From positions 60,080,001-60,144,000 of the forward strand of contig CM059438.1 of NCBI GenBank assembly GCA_030390025.1: 64,000 nt of DNA, given 5' to 3'. Both the position numbers and the translations under genes were made by a program. Each line of letters starts with the position of its first letter. Positions within the stretch are counted from its first letter, which is position 1. A model generated the notes under the pieces. The model was not told the origin of the DNA, did not search any database, and saw nothing but the letters and a program-made list of their open reading frames with translations. The DNA is from Squalus acanthias. Lineage: Eukaryota. This document shows, one piece after another, positions 1 to 12,340 of this stretch.

Positions 1-1083
1 GTTGGAGGGAAGGTCATTGATGAAGCAGCTGAAGATAGTTGGGCCTAGCACACTGCTCTGAGGAACTCCTGCAGCGATGTCCTGGGGCTGTGATGATTGA
101 CCTTCAATCACCACAACCATCTTCCTTTGTGCTAGGTATGACTCCAGCCAGTGGAAAGTTTTCCCCCCGATTCTCATTGACTTCAGTTTTACTAGGGCTC
201 CTTGATGCCACACTCGGTCAAATGCTGCCTTGATGTCAAGGGCAGTCACTCTCCCCTTAGCTCTGGAATTCAGCTCCTTTGTCCATGTTTGGACCAGGAC
301 TGTAATGAGGTCGGGAGCCGAGTGGTCTTGGCGGAACCCAAACTGAGCATCAGTGAACAGGTTGTTGGTGAGTAAGTGCTGCTTGATAGCACTGTCGATG
401 ACACCTTCCATCACTTTGCTGATGATTGAGAGTAGACTGATGGGGCGGTAATTGACTGGGTTGGATTTGTCCTGCTTTTTTTGGACAGGACATACGTGGG
501 CAGTTTTCCACATTGTCGGATAGATGCCAGTGTTGTAGCTGTACTGGACTTGGCTAGAGGTGCGGCTAGTTCTGGAGCACAAGTCTTCAACACGCTAGCC
601 GGGATGTTATCCGGGCCCATAGCCTTTGCTGTATCCAGTGTGCTCAGCTGTTTCTTGATATCACGTGGAGTGAATCGAATTGGCTGAGCACTGGCTTCTG
701 TGATGGTGGGGACTTCGGGAGTAGGCCAACATGGATCATCCACTCGGCACTTCTGGCAGAAGATGGTTGCGGACGCTTCAGCCTTGTCTTTTGCACTCAC
801 GTGCTGGGTTCCACCATCATTGAGGATGGGGATATTCATGGAGCCTCCTCCTCCCGTTAGTTGTTTAATGGTCCACCACCATTCATGACTGGATGTGGCA
901 GGACTGCAAAGCTTTGCTCTGATCCGTTGATTGTGGAATCGCTTAGCCCTGTCTATAGCATGCTGCTTCCGCTGTTTAACATGCATGTAGTCCAGTGTTG
1001 CAGCTTCCCCAGGTTGGAACCTCATTTTTAGGTACGCCTGGTGCTGCTCCTGGCATGCTCTTCTACACTCCTTATTGAACCAT
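1..1083 (-). mobile_element. CR1/L2-group non-LTR retrotransposon, ORF2 fragment (runs off the window start)
   Basis: Minus-strand ORF 411-1091 (HEWWWTIKQLTGGG...KAMGPDNIP...LKTCAPELA) plus the frameshifted RT motifs QFGFR, ALDIKAAFDRVWH and GVPQ. Nearly identical to 15745-16290. Confidence 0.85.
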
Positions 1084-1810
1084 GTATGCAATAAACATCT
1101 TGTAAGTATTTCTTAATCACCAAAATGTTGTACAAATGTTTAAAAAAAAAAATGCATTTTATTCAAGTCTAAATTTTGTGGGTGTCTTGCACTGTCTCAA
1201 AATTTAAATTGGCTGCTGGACTGAGCCAAGTTGAAGAAAAATGGGGCTATCTGGGACTGGCTGACTTTTGCGGCCTGCGACAGTAATACTGAAACCAAGT
1301 TTACAGTGCTGCTGTTCAAGCATCGAGTAACTTTACACTGTGGTGCTAAACTATAAATGAGACCATGGCTGTGAAATTGGAGCCCTTAGCCCCGACTGTT
1401 AAGGCTGGTTTGGAAGAACAAATGGCGGCTGCCTTGCTTCCGGTGGGTACCGCGGCAGCTGCCATTTTGGGTGGATTGACTGCGCTGCCGTTGCCTGCGC
1501 TCTCTGCAGAAATGGAAATGAGGCAGATCGTGACGTTAGTAAGTGATTTTGGACGTTGCCGCTCCATTTAATGTCCTCTCCTAATCATGACCAGCTGAGC
1601 ATGCGTTCAGCAGCAGGAAGGACCCCCACCAGCGCTATTTAAAGGCATCAGCAACAACTTTGCTGCTGATTTACTTTTTCACTTCTACTGGCTCTGAGTA
1701 AGTTTGCTGGAGCATTCTAGAGTTGTTTAATGTTGCTGAGGTGACGTAGAGTGTTGCTACAAGTGGAGAACGCCTTGCTTCTGATTTAAAGGGTTCTGCT
1801 CACACCACTT

Positions 1811-4800
1811 ACGAACATACGAATTAGGAGCAGGAGTAGGCCACTTGGCCGTTCGAGCCTGCTCCGCCATTTAATAAGATCATGGCTGATCCGATTACTC
1901 CACATTCCCGCCTACCCCCAATAACTTTTCACGCCCTTGCTTACCAAGAACCTATCTACCTCTGCCTTAAAAATATTCAAAGACTCTGCTTCCACCGCCC
2001 TCTGAGGAAGAGAGTTCCAAAGACTTACGACCCTCTGAGAGAAAATTTCTCCTCATCTCTGCCTTAAATGGGCGACCCCTTATTTTTAAACAGTGACCCC
2101 CTAGGTATAGATTCTCCCACAAGAGGAAACATCCTCTCCACATCCACCCTGTCCTGACCCCTCAGGATCTTATATGTTTCAATCAAGTCACCTCTTACTC
2201 TTCTAAACTCCAGCGGATACAAGCCTAGCCTGTCCAACCTTTCCTCATAAGACAACCCGCTCATTCCAGGTATTAGTCTCGTAAACCTTCTCTGAACTGC
2301 TTCCAACGCATTTACATCCTTCCTTAAATAAGGAGACCAAGACTGTACACAGTACTCCAGATGTGGTCTCACCAATGCCCTGTACAACTGAAGCATAATC
2401 TCCCTACTTTTGTATTCAATTCCCCTTGCAATAAACAATAACATTCTATTAGCTTTCCTAATTACTTGCTGTACCTGCATAGTAACGTTTTGCGATTCAT
2501 GCACTAGGACACCCAGATCCCTCTGCATCTCAGAGCTCTGCAATCTCTCACCATTTAGATAATCTTTTTTATTCTTCCTGCCAAAATGGACAACTTCACA
2601 TTTTCCCACATTATACTCCATTTGCCAGATCTTTGCCCACTCACTTAACCTATCTATATCTCTTTGTAGCTTCCTTACGTCCTCTTCACAATTTACTTTC
2701 CTACCTATCTTTGTGTCATCAGCAAATTTAGCAACCATACCTTCGGTTCTTTCATCCAAGTCATTTTATATAAATTGTAAAAAGTTGAGGCCCCAGCACT
2801 GATCCCTGTGGCACATCACTCGTTACATCTTGCCAATCAGAAAATGACCCATTTATGCCTACTCTCTGTTTCCTGTTAGCTAGCCAATCTTCTATCCATG
2901 CCAATATGTTACCCCCTACACCATGAGCTTTTATTTTCCGCAATAACCTTTGATGTGGCACCTTATCAAATGCCTTCTGGAAATCTAAGTACAGTACATC
3001 CACCGGTTCCCCTTTATCCACAGCACGTTACTTCCTCAAAGAACTCCAATAAATTGGTTAAACATGATTTCCCTTGCACAACAACCATGTTGACTCTGCC
3101 TGATTACTTTGAACTTTTCTAAATGCCCTGCTATAACGTCTTTAATAATAGCTTCTAACATCTTCCCTATGACAGATGTTAAGCTAACTGGCCTGTAGTT
3201 TCCTGCTTTCTGTCTCCCTCCCTTTTTGAATAATGGAGTTACAGTCGCTATTTTCCAATCTAATGGAACCTTCCCCGAATCTAGGGAATTTTGGAAAATT
3301 AAAACCAACGCATCAACTATCTCACTAGCCACTTCTTTTAAGACCCTAGGATGAAGTCCATCAGGACCCGGGGACTTGTCAGCCCGCAGCTCCAACAATT
3401 TGCTCAGTACCACTTCCCTGGTGATATATAATTTTCTTGAGTTCCTCCCTTCCATTCCCTGATTTACAGCTATTTCTGCGATGTTACTTGTATCCTCTAT
3501 AGTGAAAACCGATGCAAAATACCTGTTCAATTCAACTGCCATCTCCTCCTTATTTTCCATTATTAATTCCCCAGACTCACTTTTTATAGGTCCAACGCTC
3601 ACTTTGTTAACTCTTTCCTTTTTTAAATATCTATAGAAACTCATACCATCTGTTTTTATATTTCTAGCTAGCTTTTTCTCGTACTCTAATTTTTCTCTCC
3701 TTATGACTGGCGCTGCGGCTGGAGTCACTGTAGAGCATCTTCGAAGCTGAGATCTTCGTGGATAGCACATTTAACGAGGTGGTCACTCCGCAGGTAAAGA
3801 GTGCACAGGCAGACTGGAAATGGGTGACCGCCAGACAGAGTAAAAGAACTAGGAAGGTAGTGCAGGAGTCCCCTGGGTCCATCTCCCTCTCCAACAGATT
3901 TTCCGTTTTGGATACTGATGGGGAGATGGTTTCTCGGGAATACAGCAAGAGCCACGTCCGTGGCACTACGAGTGGCTCAGCTGCACGGGAGGGGAGGAAA
4001 AAGAGTGGGAGAGCAATAGTGATGGGGGATTCTATCGTAAGGGGAACAGATAGACGTTTCTGTAGCCGCAGATGTGACTCCAGGATGGTATGTTGCCTCC
4101 CTGGTGCCAGGGTCAGGGATGTCACTGAACGGCTGCAGGGCATTCTGAAGGGGGAAGGGCGAACAGTCAGAGGTCGTGGTTCACATTGGTACCAATGACA
4201 TAGGTAGAAAGAGGGATGAATTTAGGGAGCTAGGTAGCAGATTTAAAAGCAGGACCTCAAAGGTTGTAATCTCTGGATTACTCCCGGTGCCACGTGCTAG
4301 TGAGTATAGGAATAGGAGGATAGAGCAGTTGGTGCAGGAGGGAGGGCTTTAGTTTCCTGGATCACTGGGTCTGCTTCTGGGGAAGGTGGGACCTGTACAA
4401 GTTGGACGGGTTGCACCTGAACCGGAATGGGACCAACATCCTTGCGGGGAGGTTTGCTTGTACTCTTGGGTGGGGGGGGGGGTTAAACTAACTTGGCAGG
4501 GGGATGGGATACAGAGTGGAGCGATAGTAGGGGGTGATGCACAGCCAAATATAGAGGAAAAAACAAGTCAGCCTGGAAGGCAGCGCAAGTATGAGGCCAT
4601 ATGGGTAGAACTTAAAAACAAAAAGGGGGCAAGCACTTTGCTGGGAGTGTACTATAGCCGGGCAAGTGGTAGAAGTGTCAGTAGGAGAGCATTTTGGTGA
4701 TGGTGACCATAATTCGGTGAGATTTAAGGTAGTCATGGAAAAGGACAAAGATGGACCGGAAATGAAGGTTCTAAATTGGGGGAAGGCCGATTTTAATACG

Positions 4801-7800
4801 ATAAGGCAGGATCTGGCCAAAGTCGACTGGGATCAGCTACTTGTAGGAAAATCCACATCAGAGCAGTGGGAGTCTTTCAGAAAGGAAATCGAGAGAGTAC
4901 AATGCCAACATGTTCCCGTAAAGGTCAAGGGTGGGACCAACAAGCCCAGGGAACCCAGGATGTCAAGGGATATACAAGAATGGATTAGGAAAAAAAGGGA
5001 GGCTTTTGGCAGATACAGTGGAAGCCCTAGAGGAGTATAGAAAGTGCAGGGGGTACTTAAAAAAGAAATTAGGAGAGTGAAGAGGGGGCATGAAAAAACA
5101 CTGGCGGGCAAAATAAAGGAAAATCCCAAGGTGTTTTATAAGTATATTAAGGGCAAGAGGATAACCAGGGAAAGAGTAGGGCCCATTAGGGACCAAAGTG
5201 GCAAACTGTGTGTAGAGCCGGAAGATGTAGGTGAGGTTTTAAATGAATATTTTGCATCTGTGTTCACTATGGAGAAGGACGATGTCGGCATAGAAATCAG
5301 GCAGGGGGATTATGATATACTTGAACAAATTAGTATTGAGAGGGAGGAGGTACTAGCGGTTTTAAAGGTGGATAAATCCCCAGGCCCAGACGAGATGTAT
5401 CCCAGGCTGCGCTGTGAGGCAGGGGAGGAGATTGCAGGGGCTCTGACACATTTTCAGAACCTCTCTGGGCACAGGGGAGGTGCCAGAGGACTGGAGGACA
5501 GCTACCATAGTACCATTATTCAAGAAGGGTAGTAGGGATAAACCAGGGAATTACAGGCCAGTGAGCCTAACAACAGTGGTAGGGAAATTATTGGAAAAAA
5601 ATTCTGAGGGACAGAATTAGTCTCCACTTGGAGAGGCAAGGATTAATCAAGGATAGTCAGCATGGCTTTGTCAGGGGGAAATCATGTCTAACCAATTTGA
5701 TTGAATTTTTCGAGAGGGTTACTAGGTGTGTGGATGAGGGTAGTGCAGTTGATGTAGTCTACATGGACTTCAGTAAGGCTTTTGACAAAGTCCCACATGG
5801 GAGACTGGTCAAGAAGGTAAGAGCCCATGGGATCCAGGGCAATTTGGCACATTGGATCCAAAATTGGCTTAGTGGCAAGAGGCAGAGGGTGATGGTCGAA
5901 GGTTGTTTTTGTGACTGGAAGCCTGTGTCCAGTGGTGTACCGCAGGGATCGGTGCTGGGTCCTTTGCTGTTTGTAGTGTACATTAATGATTTAGATATGA
6001 ATGTAGGAGGTATGATCAGTAAGTTCGCAGATGACACGAAAATTGGTGGGGTGGTAAATAGCGAGGAAGGAAGCCTCAGGCTACAGGACGATATAGACGG
6101 GTTGGTCAGATGGGCAGAACAGTGGCAAATGGAATTTAACCCTGAAAAGTGTGAGGTGATGCATTTTGGGAGGACTAACAAAGCAAGGAAATACACAATG
6201 AATGGTAGGACCCTAGGAAGGACAGAGGATCAGAGGGACCTTGGTGTGCATGTACATAGATCCCTGAAGGCAGCAGGACAGGTAGATAAGGTGGTTAAGA
6301 AGGCATATGGGATACTTGCCTTCATTAGCCGAGGCATAGAATATAAGAGCAGGGAGGTTATGATGATGGAGCTGTACAAAACGCAAGTTAGGCCACAGCT
6401 GGAATACTGTGTGCAGTTCTGGTCACCACACTATAGGAAGGATGTGATTGCATTGGAGAGGGTGCAGAGGAGATTCACCAGGATGTTACCTGGGCTGGAG
6501 CGCTTCAGCTATGAAGAGAGACTGGACAGGCTGGGGTTGTTTTCCTTAGAGCAGAGAAGGCTGAGGGGGGACCTGATTGAGGTGTAAAATTATGCGGGGC
6601 ATAGATAGAGTAGATAGAAGGGAACTTTTCCCCTTAGTAGAGGGGTCAATAACCAGGGGGCATAGTTTCAAGGTAAGGGGCAGGAGGTTTAGAGGAGATT
6701 TGAGGAAAAACTTTTTCACCCAGAGGGTGGTTGGAATCTGGAACTCACTGCCTGAAAGAGTGGTAGAGGCAGGAACCCTCACAACATTCAAGAAGCATTT
6801 AGATGAGCACTTGAAACACCATAGCATACAAGGCTACGGACCAAGTGCTGGAAAATGGGATTAGAATAGACGGGGCTTGATGGCCAGCGCGGACACGATG
6901 GGCCGAAGGGCCTCTTTCTGTGCTGTATAACTCTATGATTCTATAACTCTATAATCTTTTAGTCATTTTTTGCTATTTTTTATATTCTGTCCAATCTTCT
7001 GACCTGCCACCCATCTTTGCGCAATTATATGCTTTTTCGTTAAGCTTAATACTATCTTTAACTTTTTTAGTTAACCATGGATGGTGGGTCTTCCCCTTGG
7101 AATTTTTCTTTCTTGTTGGAATGTATATATTCTGTGTATTTTGAAATATCCCCTTAAATGTCTGCCACTGCAACTCTATTGATCTATCCCTTAACCTAAT
7201 TTGCCAGTTCACTTTAGCTAGCTCTGCTTTAATGCCCTCATAATTGCCCTTATTTAGGTTTAAAATACTAGTTTTGGACCCACTCTTTCTCTCTCTCAAA
7301 CTGAATGTAAAATTCAATCATATTATGATTGCTGCTACCTAGGGGCGCCTTCACTATGAGGTCATTAATTAATGCTATCTTGTTGCACAATACCAGGTCT
7401 AGTATAGCCTGCTCTCTGGTTGGCTCCAGAATGTGCTGTTGTAAGAAACTATCCCGAAAACATTCCATGAACTCCTCATCTTTGCTACCTTTGCTCATTT
7501 GATTTTTCCAGTCTATATGCAGATTAAAATCCCCCATGATTATTGCTGTACCCTTCTGACAAGCTCCCATTATTTCTTCCTTTATACTCCATCCTACCAT
7601 GTGGTTACTGTTAGGGGGCCTGTACACCACTCCCACAAGTGACTTCTTGCCTTTATTATTTCTCATCTCTACCCAAACCGCTTCTATATCCTGGTTTCCT
7701 GAACTTAGGTCATCCCTCTCTATTGTGCTAATACCATTATTAATTAACAGAGCCACCCCTCCACCTTTTCCCACCTTCCTGTCCTTCCTAAATGTCATGT

Positions 7801-8652
7801 ACCCTTCAATATTCAGGTCCCAATCTATGTCATCCTGCAGCCATGTTTCTGTAATGGCTATCAGATCATATTTATTTATTTCTATTTGCGCTATCAGTTC
7901 ATCTGTTTTGTTTCGAATGCTACGTGCATTCAGATGCAGAGCCTTTAGTTTTGTCTTTTTATTATTTTTGTAACCTCTAGCCTTATCTGTTGATTTACTC
8001 TTAGATTTGTACTCTCTATCCCTTCCTGTCACGGTCTGTTTATCATTTCCCATATTAATACCTTTCTCTATTGCCTTGTCTCTAATCTTTGAATTACCAC
8101 ATCTTCCCAAATTTGATCCCATGCCCCCAATATTTAGTTTAAAGCCCTCTCCACCGCCCTAGTTATACGACTCGCCAGAACACTGGTCCCAGCATGGTTC
8201 AGGTGAAGACCGTCCCAACGATACAGATCCCACTTTTCCCCAGTACTGGTGCCAGTGCCCCAGGAATTGAAACCCATTTCTCCCACACCAGTCTTTGAGC
8301 CACGCATTCATCTCTCTAATTTTATTTACCCTATGCCAATTTGCTTGTGGCTCAGGTAATAATGCAGACATTATTACCCTTGAGGTTCTGCTTTTTAATT
8401 TAGCCCGAGCTGCTCATACTCTCTCAGCAGAACCTCTTTGCTAGTTCTACCTATGTCGTTGGTACCTACATGGACCACGACCACTGGCTCCTCCCCCTCC
8501 CACTGCAAGTTCCTCTCCAGCCCAGAGCAGATGTCCCGAACCCTGGCACCGGGCAGACAACACAGCCGTCTGGACTCTCGCTCTTGGCTGCAGAGAACTG
8601 TATCTATCCCCCTGACTATGCTGTCCCCAATTACCACTACATTCCTATTAAC

Positions 8653-8684
<32 letters not shown>

Positions 8685-9500
8685 CTTGAATGGCTTCCTG
8701 TACCTCGGTGCCATGGTCAGTTTGCTCATCCACCCTGCAGCCACTGCTTTCATCCATACAGGCCGCAAGAACCTCAAACCTGTTGGACAATTGCAAAGGC
8801 TGAGGCTCCTCCACCTCCTGGGTCCCCATACCTGCCTCACTCGCAGTTACATCCTCCTGTCCCTGACCACTGACCAAATCAGAAGACCCTATCCTAAGGG
8901 GTGTGACTGCCTCCTGAAATAAAGTGTCCAGGTAACTTTGCCCCTCCCTGATGCATCGCAGTGTCCGCAGCTCGGCCTCCAGTTCATCAACTCTGAGCCG
9001 AAGCTCCTCAAGCCGCAGACACTTACCGCAGACGTGTTCGTCCTGGATCACACTGGCGTCCAGGAGCTCCCACATACTGCAGTCGCAACACATCACCTGC
9101 CCTGTCATCTTTATTGAGTCTTAATTAATTTATAAACCCTACTACACCTAATAAGATTTATTACTGCTAGTAAACTAGTACTAATGAAACCTTACAATTA
9201 CTAATAAATTTCCTGGGCTTTAAAAGATAAGGGAAGTGAGCAAAATACTCACCAACTAATCACTTACTCCTTTCACTGTGATGTCACCTTTTATTTTTCT
9301 CCAAATGTGGTTGGGGGTGTCACAGAGCTGAGCTCCCGCTGGTTCTCTGTCCCCTCTTGTGCAGCTTTTTAACGCCTGCTCTCCTGGAAGCTGACAAAGA
9401 TAGAAAAAGAAAGGAATACCTCCCTCCCCGAACTCCCTCACTCACCAAACTCGCAGCTTTACACTCTGTTCTGAGCTGTACTCCGTGACAAACTGCACTC
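1811..9500 (-). mobile_element. Near full-length CR1 LINE (ORF1 zinc-finger/coiled-coil/SGNH esterase; ORF2 APE endonuclease-RT), frameshifted and interrupted at 3706-6952
   Basis: ORF1 at 8395-9108 and 8159-8371 (CCDC..CGKC, GDSIVR, HVGTND). EN at 7268-8122 (NARSI, ITETW, VYRPP, MGDFN). RT at 2064-3770 (DFQKAFDKVPH, QGSVLGP, KFADD). CR1 3' tail at about 1811-1890. Confidence 0.92.
3706..6952 (+). mobile_element. CR1 LINE (5'-truncated within ORF1, internal deletions in EN) nested inside the minus-strand CR1
   Basis: ORF1 esterase GDSIVRG at 3758-4198; RT ORF 5628-6587 (DFSKAFDKVPH, QGSVLGP, KFADD); 3' end with tataactcta/tgattcta microrepeats. Host CR1 sequence resumes on both sides. Confidence 0.92.
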
Positions 9501-9513
9501 TAGCCTCCCAGTC

Positions 9514-10470
9514 ATGGGGGCTCTACTTGCAGTTCCCTTGGCGGTCGGGTATGACAGGGAGATGGAGCAGAGGCAGTGATGAAGAGGGGACAAGCTGCTC
9601 GCGGAGGAGGAGGAGGGGCAGGAGGCCTTGCCCGCCTTGAGCATATTCAAGACCGATCTCGATAGATTTTTGAATATTAAGGGAATCAAGGGATATGGGG
9701 ATAGTGCAGGAAAGTGGAGATGAGGTAGAAGATCAGCCATGATCTTATTGAATGGTGGAGCAGGCTGCTCCTATTTCTTATGCTACTTAGGGTCTTCAGG
9801 GAGCACTTCTACCTGCACCTAAGCCAGGAGCAGTGTATTGGGAAGCTCCGCCGTCCATCGCTGCATCTGGAGGCCACCGAGGCTCTCTACTCCAGGAGAA
9901 GGGACTTCATTGTCTTCTCCCTGAACAGAGAGAAGCAGGAGGAGCACGCATGTGGCTTTGCCAGGATATCAGGCTTCCCCATGGTGCAGGGCGCCATCGA
10001 CTGCACACACGTGGCTTTGCGGGCGCCGTGTACCAATCCTGAGATGTTCCTTAACCGCAAAGGCTACCACTCACTTAATGTGCGGGTGGTGTGCAACCAC
10101 ACCCAGCGCATCATGATGGTGAATGCCCAGTATCCTGGCAGCAGTCACATACCTTCATCGTGCACCAGTTCGGTGTGCCAGCAATCTTCCAACCGCCACG
10201 TCAAACCTGAGGGTGACTGCTCGGAGACAAGGGCTATCCACTTTACACCTGGCTGATTACTCCCTTCTGCAACCCTACCACTCGTGGCTAGCACTCGTAT
10301 AATGACAGCCATGCTGCTACAAGGAACGTCATTGAATAGACCATCGGGATACTGAAGCAACGATTCTGCTTCCTTGACTGCTCGGGAGGAGCCTTCCAGT
10401 ACACGCTGAAGCGGGTGTCCTGTTTTTGTGGTGTTCTGCTGCATGCTCCACAACTTGGCCATCATTAAAA
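9514..10470 (+). pseudogene. Harbinger (HARBI1-like) DDE transposase remnant
   Basis: GFPMVQGAIDCTHV, NRKGYHSLNV and YPGSSH, followed by frameshifted GDKGY and RNVIE..IG.LK.RF motifs. Contains stops and a short CR1 tail insertion at about 9637-9790. Confidence 0.85.
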
Positions 10471-11582
10471 GCGCAGCCCTTGCCACCACAGGTTCCGGGA
10501 CCACCTCAGGAGGAGGAGGAGGAAGGGTGGAGGCAGGCAGCAGAACCCCATTCCAGACGGGCTGTCCGTGTGCGCCTCATCAGATTCCGGTTCCAATGAA
10601 TGAAACCCCAGATCTCCATTGCTCAGCACTTCCCCATCTTTCCATCCCTCTGTCATGGAACGTGACGGTGATCTCCTGGGCACAAAGTTGAAATGAGAGC
10701 CAACACAAAACAAACATTACAAACATCATTAAATGCAAATTTAAACAACGTCAACTAATCACCCTTGTGCACTCCCTTAGTGTCTGTTTTTCGTGTTCCT
10801 TTTCCTATTCTAGTGCTCCTACGAAGTGTTCCTCCAGTGGCTGCAGCATGGCTGGTGGAAGGCTGCTGACTTTCAGTGGGGGTGACTGCAGATGGCCTTG
10901 CAGGACGACCTTGAGCGGCTCTGGGTCAAGAACGCTCGGCTGTAGACTGCACCACCTCGACATGGGCAGCAGCAGTCTGGGCTGGCTGGATGACAGGCAG
11001 CAGCAAGGGCACTGGCGGAGTGGCAGTGGTGGGAGTAGGAATGCTGTTCTCCTGAGAGAGGCCAGCAGGTTCTTGCTCCACGGAGCCACTGCCACTCCCC
11101 CGGGGCGCGCCTCAGAATTCCTAGTCATCTGTTGGCAGACAGATTGCTGGAGTGCTGTGAGACCCTACAAGCCCCTTTCCACACTCGTAACCCCAGCCAC
11201 AAGATATCCATGCATACACCATCAGCAACTTGTAAGTGAGAAGAGATTGTGGGATGAGGGAGAAGTGGGATGTGAGAAGAAGAATTACATATGAGCATAT
11301 CATCATCAACAATGCTTTCAATTTCCCCGCTCGCCACGAACTCTGTCTGCCCCTCCAATGATGTCCAGAAGTGCTTTCTCCAGCTCTGTCAGGTTCTGCA
11401 GATGGACTTCCCCTCCACCCGTCTGCTGCTGCTCCTGGCGGTTGTGTGCCAACTTTGCAAGAGAAAAGGAAGTGCGTCAGTGAGTATGGTGCAATGTGTT
11501 TGGGTGATGTGCCTGCCATGGTTGCATAGCTGGCAGTGTATTCAAGGTGTGAGATGTTGGTATGAGTCTTGTAGCAGTGGTA

Positions 11583-12073
11583 ACATAGGAACAGGAGTAG
11601 ACCATTTATCTCCTCGAGCCTTTTCCAGCATTCAGTTGAGATCATGGCTGATCTGCGACCTAACTCCATATACCCGCCTTTGCCCCATATCCCTTAATAC
11701 CTTTGGTTAACAAAAATGATCAATCTCGGATTTAAAATTAATAATTGATCTAGCATCAATTGCCGTTTGCGGAAGAGAGTTCCAGACTTCTACTACCCTT
11801 TGTGTGTAGAAGTGTTTCCTAATTTCACTCCTGTAAGGTCTGGCTCTAATTTTTAGACTATAACCCCCAGTCCCAGACTCCCCAACCAGCGGAAATAGTT
11901 TCTCTCTATCTACCTTATTTGTTCCCCTTAATATCTTGAAAACTTCGATCAAATCATCCCTTAACCTTCTAAATTCCAGGGAATACAACCCCAGTTTGTG
12001 TAGTCGCTCCTCGTAATTTAACCCCTGGAGTCCGGGTATCATTCTGGTAAACCTACGCTGCACTCTCTCCAAG
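11583..12073 (-). mobile_element. CR1 3' fragment inserted in the Harbinger Myb gene
   Basis: ORF 11707-12072 (ERVQRRFTRMIPGL..LEFRRLRDDLIE..WNSLP) plus CR1 tail. Confidence 0.85.
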
Positions 12074-12208
12074 GGTGTGAGGGTGAGTTGAAGCTATGAG
12101 TGGTGATTGTTGGTAGGTGAGTGATGGAGGGTGTGTGTGGTGCATTGAGCACTGTGTGAGGCTTGTGGTGCAGATGGTGGGATATGGCATTTGATGATGT
12201 ATTCATTC

Positions 12209-12340
12209 ACCTTGACCACTCGTGCAAGGTCATTAAACTTTTTGCGGCACTGGCTCCAGGTCCTGGGGACAACACTCGTCGCAGTGACGGCTTGAGCAAT
12301 CTCCTCGCACAGCCTTCTGGTGTTCTGCCTTGAAGGCCTC
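12209..12340 (-). pseudogene. Harbinger Myb/SANT-like DNA-binding protein exon remnant
   Basis: Minus strand reads VPRTWSQCRKKFNDLARVVK followed by a GT donor, typical of the Harbinger second gene. Confidence 0.7.

Noticed and set aside
1518..1560. ATG AGG CAG ATC GTG (MRQIV) as tubulin exon 1
   Set aside because: It continues TLVSDFG rather than HIQAGQCGNQIG, and lies inside the Harbinger left end.
8653..8683. Poly-C run encoding poly-Gly or poly-Pro
   Set aside because: Homopolymer expansion in a dead CR1 ORF1; the length may be a sequencing artefact.
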